A stretch of 64,000 bases of DNA from Zygnema circumcarinatum SAG 698-1b (lineage: Eukaryota; Plantae; Zygnematophyceae). The stretch covers positions 8,409,909 through 8,473,908 of the forward strand of contig CM074804.1 in the NCBI GenBank assembly GCA_037447605.1, in the 5' to 3' direction. A program made the translations under genes and the position numbers. Position 1 is the stretch's first letter. The number at the start of each line of letters is the position of its first letter. Positions 48,361 through 60,621 of the stretch are shown one piece after another. The notes under the pieces are model-generated. The model was not told where the DNA came from. It did no database searches and was given only the letters and a program-made list of their open reading frames with translations.

Positions 48361-48965
48361 CTCTACCGCCTCCGGGTGGAAGGAGAAGCCGCCATGGCCA
48401 GTGGGGTGGGAGTGGCTGCAGGGGGAGGGGAGGGCGTGGGAGATGGCTGAGAGGGATAGGGGCGTGGAGTGAGAGAGAGAGTCCACGGGAGAGTCAACGG
48501 CAGGAGAGGGGGAGGCAAGAAAGGCGTCTGGGGACAGCGATAGCGGGAGAGAGAGGGCGAGGGAGGGGTCGCGGGAGAGGGGAGAGAGGGAGTGAGAGGG
48601 AGGTGAAGCCATGGTGGGAGGGCGCGAGAGGGACGAGCAAGGGAGAGCCTGGTGATTACGGGGAAGGCAGGCGGATATTGGGGAGAGGAAATAAGGGCGT
48701 CGTACTGAACGGGGNNNNNNNNNNCGGGGGGCGGGGGGCGGGGAGTGCGTTCCACGTGACGGAGCGGCCGTTAGGGTTTGCTGCTCGTGGTGATGATGTT
48801 GGGGGAAATGATGTTGGAGGGGATGATGTTGGGAAGGATGATGTTGGATGGGATGGTGTTAGATATGGCCATGATGTTAGAGGGGATGGTACGCTGCCTT
48901 ACCTCTATGCTGTGAAAAATCGGAGAGCCAACCAACCATTCCCAATTGTTGGTTGGACTCCTAAT

Positions 48966-49163
48966 AGGGGGAGTCAGACATTGCCCATCGCCAAATCAAT
49001 TAAGCGTGTCGGGCGAATTAAGCATAGGCTAAGTATGCATTTCGGTACGGTTGTGTACAACGGAGCCGCGGATCCCGACACGGAATTCGTAAACGAAACG
49101 TTGCCTGTTAGTATACTTAAATTCGGAAATTTAATACGCGATGGTCAATGTCTGACTCCCCCT
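48966..49163. mobile_element. MITE, same TIR family as 5363-5521, 3-bp TSD (AAT), inserted in a CAACCATTGG array
   Basis: 26-bp TIR AGGGGGAGTCAGACATTG(C/A)CCATCGC with one mismatch. AAT on both sides. Flanks 48925-48965 and 49164-49270 are CAACCATT repeats. Confidence 0.8.
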
Positions 49164-49899
49164 AATAATTCCAACCATTGGACCATTGATTCCTACGTCA
49201 CCCAACCATTGCCTAGCTACCCAGCCAACCATTGCCACCGACTGCAACCATTGGACCATTGATTCCCGCCCAATGTGTTGAAGCAAGGGACTGATTGCTG
49301 CTTCCGGCAACACCTCGTGTGTCACCTTCCAAGGGAATTCGTGTTCCCACCGATGTAGACATTTCCCACTCTATCACTCTCAAGGCTCTACCTCAATTCA
49401 CTCATCACCCATAACTCACAGAATAAACACCAATAAATAATAATAATAATAATAACACCAAAGATAAGCACAACGGAAATCAAACAAGAGAAGTGTAAGA
49501 GAAAGCTCACGGCTCTAAAATTCCTTTATAATGAAATGTCCACCCACATGAAATTCTCCCACCACTACAAGGTAAGTCTTTCTTACTCACTACCTCACTA
49601 TCTCACGACACAAGTGAAGGCAGCCTGACAACATGAGCAGGCACAGAATAAGAGACAAAACTAATATGGTTATTTTCCCATAGTAAAATTATGCACTATA
49701 TAATATGGCGCCGTGACGTGATACACATATCACATCGCATCTGCCATTGTAAACCTATACACTAAGTCTGAGTGGGCGCACTCAAGAATAACGACCAGCT
49801 AGTGGCCTCGTAAACCTACGACAGTATCGACCTAGTTTTTGTCTGTTTGTACATCCGTCCGTACAGTTCCGCCGCTTCGCCAACCCTCCTTAGCGATCT

Positions 49900-50274
49900 T
49901 TGCCCACTGATACTTCGGCTGTACACTCAAACCAGCGGACCCACATTGCAAGTGGTCCACGTGGCGCATCGCGGTTCACTGCCAATATTCCCTCTGTCGT
50001 TTTCTCGTCGTAACTTTGCACTCTACGTTTTGCGCCTACATCGCAACCAATTAGCGTCGCACGTCCATACTCCACAAACCCGCGTCAGCGTTGGGACCAA
50101 TCAGCACTGCTTGTTTGTACTCCGCGCATTCGCGATGCACTCGCCAAAGTCAGAGCACCGACATCACCAAATCTAGGAGCACTACGCTTAAGAGGTCTCA
50201 TGTTCAACAACGGAGTACCACAACAAGTTAGTATGTACAATGCAATGTCTAACTATCATACACTAACACTAACA
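49900..50274 (-). repeat. Diverged antisense copy of the copia-2 LTR (probable solo LTR; left boundary uncertain)
   Basis: The reverse complement starts TGTTAGTGTTAGTGTATGATAG like 50816, and shares GCTGATTGGTC..GCTGACGCG and CCACGTGG(A/G)CCACTT blocks. Confidence 0.7.
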
Positions 50275-51190
50275 CAATGGGAGGAGGAATAGGATGAGAG
50301 TCCAACATTGAAGAGAGCGAGGCAAGAGCTCCCGCAACTGAGCATCTCCTCCTGCCATAGCCCGAGCCCCTTTCAACGCCTTTGTGCTCGGGCCCTGCGT
50401 ATCTTCCAGCTAGCTCCCAATCTACCACACAACAAAGGGTACGTTTTTTCTTTAAGGTTTGTGTGGTCCTTGAAAAAAATGTATTTTTTATTATAAGGAG
50501 AAAGACTGAACGACTTTTCACTGACATGAGTTAACGTGTTGTGTGTTTTTTTTCGAAATTTACCCACCCAGCACTGCTATAGCTGCTATAACCCTTAAAG
50601 CTGCTGTAGCACCTACAACTCCTACAACTTCTTCAGCTGCGTCAATTGTTGGCACACCTAAAAAAGAAGTCCAAGAGAAGGCTACAGAACGTCATCCATA
50701 ACAAGACCCATCACAGGTGTAGCAAAACGCTATAGCCACCGGAGGCACTATGCGCACCACAAAGATCTTTGTACAGTTTGTCCGTATTGATTGTCAATTT
50801 GGTCTGAGATTGAACTGTTAGTGTTAGTGTATTATAGTTAAGCATTACATAGTACACACTAACTTGGTTATGGTACTCAGTCGTGAAAAACTACCTAGTA
50901 TGAGTCGCGATGACGTCAGCAACTTAAGTTCAGAGGTGCGCGTGTAGCGCGCGCGGGCGGAGTTTGGATGAACGGCCACGATTGATCGCGGCGCTAACTT
51001 GGAGACGCGCGGAGCTGATTGGTCGTGGGGCTGACGCGAAGGCGCGTGGTACGGACGCGCGAAGATGATTGGACGCGGCGCGGGCGCGAGGACGCGGAGT
51101 GCGCGTCGGTGACGCGAAACGACGAAAGGATGTCGGCGACGAATCGCGCAGCGCCACGTGGGCCACTTACTGAGTGGGCCNNNNNNNNNN

Positions 51191-54100
51191 CACTGCACGG
51201 CCGCAGAAGTTGACTCCAGAGGAAATGGAGAAAATGCAGCGGGAGAACAAGTGTTTCCGCTGCCGCAAGGAGGGGCATAAGGCCCGGGATTGCCCTCTCA
51301 ACACCAAGGACAAGAAGGGCAAGGGGCCGGAAAACCCCAACCCACCAGCAGCTTAGGGGTCGTTGCTGGTGGACATGCTAGGCTAGGGGGAGGGAATGGG
51401 GCTGCCATCAAGGATAAGAGGCTATTGTTTCTTAGAACCTCGGACATTCTTAACTTGGTGGGCAGGACTTTGGGAGTGCAAGATCTTTTTGTGTTTGATG
51501 TACTCCCTTCTTCCATTTCTCTTTCCCCTGCCACTGTAGTGACTCCTCCTGGGTTTATGGATGTGCTGATGCATGGTCAATGGACTGTGTTTATCCTCAA
51601 TGTCATGGGCGATGATGTTCTCATGCAATGTGCCATGGATGCTTTGCATGTCATGGGAAACACTTCCCATGTCCTTGGGCTGCATGTGCTGGTTCCTCAG
51701 CACATGGCAGTTCGCACCTTTCCCAACGCCACTTGGCGGTTGGTGAAACAGTTGAGGAAAGGGCACAAATTGGTGCAGACGATGGAAGGATCAGGGTTCG
51801 CCTCATTCAATCACCTTACACCTCTGGTGTGGAGGTCACTCGGCCTCAACCCTCGCATAGTGTGCGTCTGTGTTCCATGCTTGCCGATCATGCCATGACC
51901 TTCACCGGGTTCAGCGTCTGTACCACCCCGCAAGTGATCCTGTGATCCTGCGGGGCAGATGCTAACTTTGTTAGTTCTCCCTGCGGTTACCCCACAAACT
52001 TGGGTTGACCCACAGATCCCCATTCACAAAGTGTCTTCGGGGATGGGCGCAAGAGGCCAGATCTGTCGTAGCGTCACCACTCGGGATCAAGCTGCGGATG
52101 CCGTGCGGGCAAGTGAAGTGTCTGCTGACACAGATTGGCCTTGTAGTCAAATCTTATTTCAGGAGTACTTGGTTAACATAGTCAGAGCCCGATTAGACTT
52201 TTCCATCCACAGCTGTGTCTACACGGTCAAATAGGCGCATAAGCACTGCACCCTGGCAAACCCACATCCACTGCTATCACGCAGGTTGATACTCCTTATC
52301 TCTGCTCGGCTATGCAATTGGCCAAAGCAGTTAAGGAGGGTTGCACCTTGTTCATGGTGCATGTCATGACAGCCACTGAGGATGTTCATGACGAAGATCA
52401 GGAGTGGCAGATCACATCTACTGACGTGCTCTCCACTGTTCCCTCCCAGTTCCAACCTCTGTTGGATGAATTCAGGGATGTCTTCCTGATGACCTTGCAA
52501 GGGTTGCCCCATGGAGAAGGGTGGGGCACACGATCCGTCTTGAGGCCTGAGCGGAGGCCCCCCTGGCGGCCGATCTGTCGGTAGTCCGGAAGAAAGCGAG
52601 CTGCGACAGCAGCGTTGGCGCTTTGCGTGAAAAGGATACGATAAGAAACCCAGTCAGACCCCCCTGGGGCGCCCATCTTGTTCGTTGGGAAGAAAGATGG
52701 CTCGTTGAGGATGTGCAAAATTTGGAGCAAAAATAATGAAAAGATAAATGAGCATAATTGTCAATGCATCGACAAGATCACCGTAAAGATTGGTTTACTT
52801 ACACGTATGGATAATATGTGGTAACATTCACACAAAGTGTCACATCACTTGATCTTGCTCAGGTGTTCCATCAAATCCACGTCACGGAAGCTAATGTGCA
52901 AAGCTGCGTTCCAGACGCCGATGGTCATTTCCCAATGTAAGGTGTTGCCTTTTAGAATGACTGATGCTCCGGCAACTTCACTCTCATGAACGGAGTATCC
53001 ATCGCATGGGCGAGTTTGTTTTGGTTTACCTCGATGATATCCTTGTCTTCAGTAAGACGGAGGAGGCACATCTTGAACACGTTCGGAAAGTGTTTGAGAC
53101 CCTGAGGAAACACCGTTATCCGAGGGGGAATGTCAGTTTCATGCAGCGGAGTTGCTTTATCTTGACATCTCTGAATAATCAGCCTTCGGCTGGTGCTACA
53201 ACGCAGTAGAAACTTCCAGCGCCGCAGGCTAGGCTACCACGTTCTGGGGTCCCTACTGGGCTTTGCAAAATCTTTTTCGTAAGTTAGTCCAAGGGTTTAG
53301 TAAATTGGTTACTCCCTTGACTAATTTGACACGTTCCGGTGTCCCCTTTGCATGGACCCCTGAATGTCAGGAAGCATTCAAGGGCGTGCGCCATGCCCTT
53401 GTTACCGCGCCCACTCTCCGTTTGGCGGACCCGTCCAAGCCTTATGAAGTGGTTTGTGATGCTTCGGGATTCACCTTGGGGTGCCGTCTTGTTTAGGATG
53501 GCCAGCCTTTGGGTGTGAAGCTCGCCAAAATGAATCCCGCTAACGCAACTATTCTTGCAGACAGACGGGACTGCTTCCAGTGGTCACGCCCTGAGTCTCG
53601 CGGGTGCTGTTGGAGGACGGAGAGCGGTCACGCTGATCAGCTAACAGGCAGGCTGACGTTCCTCTCAACCCAACGGCCCTGTCTAGGGCGGCGGCACGGC
53701 TCATCTCAAGCTCCTCCCAAAGGTTTGGCTGCCGGTGGGTTCTCAGCCCGGAAGGCGCTGGCGGCCCATTCCCATGGAGGGCCTCAGCATCTTGCCTGGA
53801 TGGTGGCTCATCGAACTCAAGTGTTGGTGAAGAGCAGGATCTGGCGGAGGTGAGGGGCCAGCGCCCAAGTGTGTTTCCAATATGCTTGTCATGGATCCCT
53901 ACCAATGACGGTCAACCTTCTTGTCTCTCTGATCTGAGCAGATGATTGGGAGGGGTATATGGTAATATTTTTTGTTGTTGGATAGCCAAGGTAATGGCTG
54001 TGGGCAAAGATGGTGTAAGACGGATTCTGGTACCACGCCAGCAAGTGGTCATGCGGCTGGACTGTGGCGGCTCATCTGAGTGAGCTACATGGTGCTTGAT

Positions 54101-56216
54101 CCCATCACCTGGGGAGCTGCGAACCCGTGAGGCAGCTGCTGGAGCATGATAGCCTGGACTCTCAAAGGAGCCTGAAGGGTATACTCGCTTGTCCGGTTTG
54201 TCAGCAAACGAACCCCGACTGGCAGGATAGCCGCCAGTCAACCTCCTGCCTTCGAAATGGACCATGTAGATATGGACTTAATCGCAGATCTTCCTGTGAC
54301 ACCTCGAGGCTAACTCCATCTGGTGTATCGATGGACGACTGGCGGTAGCTTGCACCGTTTCTTAACAACCGCCGGGACTACACGGTTGTATATTGGCAAT
54401 GTGAAGCCAGCGTGGTCTTCAGTCAGGAGTTATATCTGACCGTCATTGATCCGCGATTCATCAGCCATTTTTGGGCAAGAAGAGCTCAGAGTCAATGGGA
54501 GCGGGCCACGTTTACAAGTGACTTCCTGCAAACCGAGTAAGCCGCAGACGGGTGAGCAGGATCCTGGAGGCCTCCAGCATTGTGTCAAACCTACCCCAGA
54601 TGGGTGGACAAACTGCTCCCAATGGCTCAGTCTCCCATCAATAATGCTTCCAGAGTCCATTGGTGCCACCCCCTTTCTTCCTAAATTTTCATCAGCATCC
54701 CCTGAGTCCCCTCAAGCCAAGGGGTTGGTCCCCCTGGTCCCCACTGGAACGTGGGCGTCACAGAACCCCGATCTTAGAAGTTGAGAAGGGCTGATCAGAG
54801 CTCAACCTCCTGTAGTCAAGTCTTTTATCGACTTGCATGTCTTCCTCAAGGCGCTCCGGCGCGGAGCGTCTGCTGGCGGCCGGTCGCGACAAAAGGCCTA
54901 TGCTGATACCCACGTGCCCCGGCTCACCTTGAACAAACGCGTGAGGTATTGCTAAGTACGGCGAACTTAAAGCCGGCTTGCTGGCAAACCGTGCCTGTGG
55001 CCCCCGCTTCATCAGACCTTTCAGGCTCGGGAAGCGAAGTCCCCGATGACTGCATGTCTCAACTTCCACGGTTCAAATTTGCCATCCCACATGAAGGTGC
55101 ATCCGGTCTTTCATGTGGGTTTGCTAAAGGTCTACCGTAGCGATGGGAGGATCCAACCACCCCCCCCACCAGTGGAGCTTGAGGGTGAACTTGAGTATGA
55201 AGTTGAAACCATTCAAGCCCACGTGGATGGCTTCCGTCACGGATGCCTCGTGAAGTGGTTGGCTGTGGGGTTGAAGTAGCACATGGGAAGGCTGAGGGCA
55301 ACTTAACAAATTGCCAGGAGCTCATCAACTTGTCCTGGGAGGCGCAGGCCACAGGAGAGCGGGCGAGGGCGGCTCGGGGGGTTCCTGAGCCGTCACCGCG
55401 CAACTCGGAAAGGGACTTGACCGGGATTATCCGCTGAGTCCTCCCGTTCTCACGTGAGATTCGGCGCGTCGTGGAAGCTGCGAGTGCCCTTGCTGCCCAG
55501 CACACGTGAGCGAGGCGTTCACATCCTGTGAGGAGTAATGTGGCAACGCTGATCACCACGGAGGGTACCCAGAAGGCGGCGCTCCGTCCTAGTACTCTCA
55601 CCCCGGGCGCGGGCCGATTGGCCAAGGCGTCGGGGACCACCTAGGACCAGGAAGGGTCCTGGGATCGAAACCTTGCGAAGGCTGCAAGGGTTCGATGCGG
55701 CGCGGTATACTGAGACATATATGTATCGCGTCGTCGATGTGGTCGAGGGGTCACGGAATCCCGACCACATCTTCGCTACGTTTTGTAGCGTAGCGTGCGT
55801 CGGCCACAATTCACGAGATTCTGGGTGTGCAGACGGGTGGCATCCCGGTCGGACCTTAGCGCCCGGCGTAGGATCGACCGTGCTGACACGATACGGCGGC
55901 GTCGCGGCGGAATGCGGTGGCGTTGATGCGTTGTGCACCTCGACCCATTTGAGGTCGAGGGACGCGTGTGATCTGCCATTGGACAGCCGCTTCCCAATCC
56001 TCCATGCTGGTAGGAGGTTCAACGGGGGAAGCGTAAAGGGGCGTGGGTGACTGTCGTCACCCAACCAACGTACCGGCATACGGTTGCACCCCTGACGAGG
56101 GCTGCGCCACTCTCTGAAGCTCTCTCTCTCTCACTCTTACTCTCGCCCTCTCGCTGAACTCCGGGTGCTGGTGCGTTATTCCGCGCAGGCTGAAGAGGCG
56201 GTTTTCAATCGTTACA
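51191..56216 (+). mobile_element. Ty3/gypsy chromovirus, family A (gag zinc knuckle, extra domain, PR, RT, RH, INT, chromodomain, 3' LTR)
   Basis: CFRCRKEGHKARDC; GAPILFVGKKDGSLRMC; VYLDDILVFS; TAPTL..DPSKPYEVVCDASG; HPVFHVGLLK and EYEVETI..H..LVKW chromodomain. Pol is frameshifted many times. 3' LTR TG(55539)...CA(56216). Confidence 0.92.
51413..51835 (+). CDS. Extra Pol N-terminal domain, degenerate Dam-type adenine MTase-like (family A)
   Basis: Open frame -1 relative to gag and upstream of the protease, with DLFV..FMDVLMHGQWTVFILNVMG..HVLVPQH..WRLVKQLRKGHKLV. Aligns by eye with the family B domain. The MTase identity is from recalled motif order only. Confidence 0.55.
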
Positions 56217-59200
56217 ATCGGACTACAAGGGGTGGAGGTGGCGGCTGGTCCCCTTGCTCGTGGGCAAGGGGCTGTTAGGGTACGTTGACGACACCATCAA
56301 GGCACCGGTGCTACCAGAGGGAGCCACGGCGGAGCAGCAGTCTGAGTTCGACGCGGCGCTCACCAGATGGAAGGCCAAGGACAACAAGGCCCTTACCGGA
56401 TGCGTCATGAGTGTGAGGGGGAAGTCCCTCACCTCTATGCTGTATGATCTCAAGACCTCACATGCGATGTGGAGGTGCTTAGAATGTATGATGTAAGGAT
56501 AATGTGGCGATTGTCCAGCCTTTACACCGCGGCTAGGGAAAATGAAGTTGTCCTCAGTTGTGTAACTTAGCGAATATATGGTCAGGTTTTATACTCTGAT
56601 GGAAAGGTTCATAGCCCTTCAGAAACCATTAGAGAGTGATCATAAGATTAGCCAGTTTACGGGGGACTGCCTGCCACGTTTTGATGCTTGGCAGTTTGCG
56701 GCTCTTAGAGCGATCTTAGCAACAAATTCGAAAAGGACCTTGAGCAAGTGAAGCGAAGGATCAAAAGGAGGGAGGACTTCAGTTCAAGGCGTTGGGAGCC
56801 TTAGGGAGAAGGTGCTGCATGGCGCACTCCGCGTCGAACCGAGAAGGCTGGCGGTGAAGGCAGGAACCGAGGGAGAGGAAGCGTCTAGCGAGGTGTGCTT
56901 TACCGCGTGTAACCAAAAGCGGCCCTTGCACCGGCGGAGACTGTTCTGGTACAATGGGACCCAGATGAGGGAGGAAGCTTAGATCATCCATCGAAGGATA
57001 AGAGAAGGGGTTGAGGGACTTCAAGTGCAAGAAGCGTGGCTACAAGAGTGCAGATTGCGAGTGAGGTGGAGACCAACACTCATGGTGGCCGAACATTTTG
57101 ACTTTGTTGGGAAGATCGAGGTTCAAGATGCGAAGCGGCCATGGCCTTTGTCGACTGCGGCGGCTTCCACACACATGTGTGGCGACAAGCAAATGTTCTC
57201 AGCACGTTGGACCGCGTTGGAGAGGACCGCGTTCGTTCACTCAGCTGCGGAGGGTAGCCCGATCCGCGAGGAGGTGAAGTCAAGATGATCCTGGGAGGCG
57301 GCTCCGTGATCACGAAGAAAAGGCAAAGAGAAAGCGCCTTTGCATGTTGGCGTCCTTCACACGGCTGAAGCGAGAACTATTATACATTTAGCCAAGGGTG
57401 TGTAGAAGGGGTATGAGGTCGCGTTAGGGGGAGAAGTCTTGTGTAGCTACTCACCTCGTGACGGGAAAGCAGCTGTTTAAGGGGTTTGAGAAAGAAGGGT
57501 TGTATTACCTTCACTATAGGAGAGAGAAGGCAGCGAGAAGTCATGGCGTGGCTGAAGATCACGGTGAGTCTCTGGCAGCCCAGGAGCTTGTCACCTCCAA
57601 CCATAGGGGCTTTGCAGCAACTGGCAGAAAAGGGGCTGGTCCGTGGGTTGGATCTTGACGTATTTGAGAAGGAGATCGGATTTTGCAAAGACTGTGTGGA
57701 GGGGAAGGCGCATAGGAAGCAGTTTGGCATGAGGGTGGAGAGAAGGGGCGTTCAGCGCCAAAGGGAGATGTTGGGTTAGTCCATATACCGACCTCTGCTG
57801 ACCCGTGACACCAGAGCAACGGCGGGAGGGAGCGTTACTTCATCACCTTCTCGGCTGACTTTTAGGAAGATGCAGGTAGAAGATTCTCAGAACAAGTCTG
57901 AGGCATTGGGGACGCCCCCGAGGGTGGCAGATTCAGATGGAGAGGCGGACACAAGTTGGGAGCTCTTCGTTCGTTCAGATAGCAGGCGAGTTCAAGTCCG
58001 GGGAGTTGGTGAATACCTGAAGTCGAGGCATAAGGCATGAATTCTCGCTCCCTATTCCCCTCAAAGTAATGGAGCTGCTGAGAGAGTGAACAGGACGTTG
58101 GGGGACATGGCGCGAACCATGTTGATTGATTCCCCGTTTCAAGCATCCTTTTGGGGAGAGGCAGTGATGACTGCCGCTTACCTTAGGAACAGATGTCCAT
58201 CCCTCTGTCCCTCAAGGATTCGAGGTTCGAGGGAGGTGTGGAGTGGGGAGAAACACGGTCACTTTCACGAGGCATTGGGCCGGTGTTGGTCGGCGGTTCA
58301 GCGAAGCAGAAAGAAGTTGACCGAAAGCGTAGAAGGGTATATTCTCGGCTGCGGCGGCGGTCGCACCTACGGTGTGGAACCCTGCGATTGAATGAAGTTC
58401 AGAGTTGAGGGATATCACGGTGGATATGAGGAAGCGGTGAAAGCGACTAGGTGAGAGCCGTTGAGGAGACGGGTTGGGGAGGTGTGTGCAGGGATGTGGA
58501 GATAGTGGAGGGCGCCGGCGCTTCCCGGTCCCGGCCTTGGGAGGGAGATCAGCCGCCCGGTGGCGGAAGAGGCGAGCGAGGCGGCACCAGCGTTGGCGTG
58601 ATCGGGAGAGCGAACCGGAAGCGCCGCATCGCGGGGAGAACGCGGAAGCTCGGTGGAGGCGGCTCCGGTACACAAGCATCTGGTCCGGGGCGAGGGAGAA
58701 CTTCGGGGCAGAGACCGTTCCATTGCACCGGCGAGTGGTGAGCACGGAAGAGGGAGAGATGTTGCCGAATATGCCTCCAAGGTTTGTCCCGGCATCTTCT
58801 TCAGCAGAGTGGGAGGAGAGTGCAAGAGTCGGAGGAGCAGCGGCGATAGGGAAGCACGATCGTTTCCAGGCCCTCACAAAACTCAACCTGGTGCAGAGGT
58901 GCCTTGATTTCCGTGATCTACATGAGGTGTTGCTCATTGCTTCATGATTACCGAGCCGCAAACGTTTATGGAGGCTCATGATGGGGTCGATGGAGATAAA
59001 TGGAGAGCGGCGATAGACAGCGAATGGGATAGTCTGATGAGGGGAGTAGCTTGCGTGGCGGAAGCTGCAGAAAGGACGAGCCATTGGATGCAGGAAGTGG
59101 GTGTTCAAGGTGGCCGGCCGGGCCGGGGCGTCGGCCTTTACAAAGCGGCGGCTGGTGGCAAGGAGCCGGCCAGAAATGCGAGGAGTTGACTATCACGGAG

Positions 59201-60621
59201 ACGTGCATGATGGTGAAGTTCAACTCCCTCAGAGCCTTGATCTCGATTGCAGCAGCGGAGGGGATGCATGTCCATCAGTTGGACATCAAGACCGCGTTTT
59301 TGTACGGAGATCTTACCGAGGAGATCTACATGGAGCAGCCCGAAGGAAAGGTGGCTCCCGGTCAAGAGCATCTCGTTTGTCGTCTAGTGAAGAGCCTGTA
59401 CGGACTGAAACAGGCGCCCAGGATATGGTACGAGAAGATAGATGAACTACCAGGGAGAGCGGATTTCTTGGCGATTTGAGGCCAGGATCATTAGTCTACC
59501 GACAGAGAGAGGGAGGATCTCATATGCGTTGGGATCACGTTGAAAGCGACACTCATTATGGTGAGGTCTCACCAAACGGAAGGGAATCAATGATCTGGGC
59601 GGCTCTTGCAAGCTAACTTCAAGATGTCGGATCTAGGGGAGGCGCAGTATCTGTTAGGGATTCAGCTGAAGATGGGGCAGGATGGCAGCCTCTTCCTGGG
59701 TCAGAAGAAGTACGCGATGGATGTACTTGCGAGATTTCACATGGAGGATTGCAGACCGTGCACCAGCCCGATGGAGATCGGGGCGCGACTTTCGAAGGAT
59801 ATGTCGCCCGCAACGGATGCGGAGGTACAGCGGATATGCGGAGTGCGTCTGAATCGCTGTCGGAATCTCATGTACGATGATTACGAGTACTGGCGGCGGA
59901 CTTAGCCGTGAGCTCCGCAAGGAATGGGTTCATGGAGAATCGGGACGAACATTGGGAAGTTACGTGAAGAAGATCTTGGTATGTCGCGAGGAACAGCAGA
60001 TGCGGCCTGGCGAGATACGAGAGGGCGAATGGGTGATTGGCACGATTCAGATTACTTGGGAGGTGGTGGCGTGAACCGCGTCAAGATCGACTTTCCGAGG
60101 ATTACTACGAATGGAAGCGGAGCTATCTGCGTGGAGCTCAAGCTTGAGGTGGGTGGCGTTGTCAAGCACCGAGGGCGAGTACATGGGGGCTTGCCATGCA
60201 GCAAAGGAGGGAGTGTGGTTTCAACATTTCTTCGAGGAGTGTAAGAGGCCGCAACTGCCCGTGGCTCTGTTCACGGATAATCAGTCGTCCATTGCCTTGG
60301 TGGAAAATCCAGTGTTCCACAAGAGGACCAAGCACATCAGAGTGCTTGATATCACTATGTGCGAGTTGGTGGAGGAAAGGGATGATGATAGATTTGTATG
60401 TGAAGTGCGTTGGAACAAGAACGGGCTGCGGATATGTTGGCGAAGGTGTTGGCGGGGAGACCATACTAGTGAATAGCAGGCTTATTGGGCTGGGGCCCAT
60501 GAGAGACTGAGTCCCAAGAGGGGGATTGTTAGTGTTAGTGTATTATAGTTAAGCATTACATAGTACACACTAACTTGGTTATGGTACTCAGTCGTGAAAA
60601 ACTACCTAGTAGCGGTAGCGA

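Larger units (their letters stand above)
50816..60611 (+). mobile_element. Ty1/copia element 2, hosting gypsy A in gag and gypsy B in its 3' LTR
   Basis: Identical 85-bp LTR starts at 50816-50900 and 60527-60611. Gag DYKGW..LLVGKGLLGYVD..WKAKDNKAL resumes at 56217. Protease ASTHMCGD, pre-integrase CKDCVEGK, RT HQLDIKTAFLYG and LVKSLYGLKQAPR, RNase H VALSSTEGEY and FHKRTKHI, PPT AAGAGGGGGAT. Many frameshifts. The link across the N-gap at 51181 is inferred. Confidence 0.85.
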
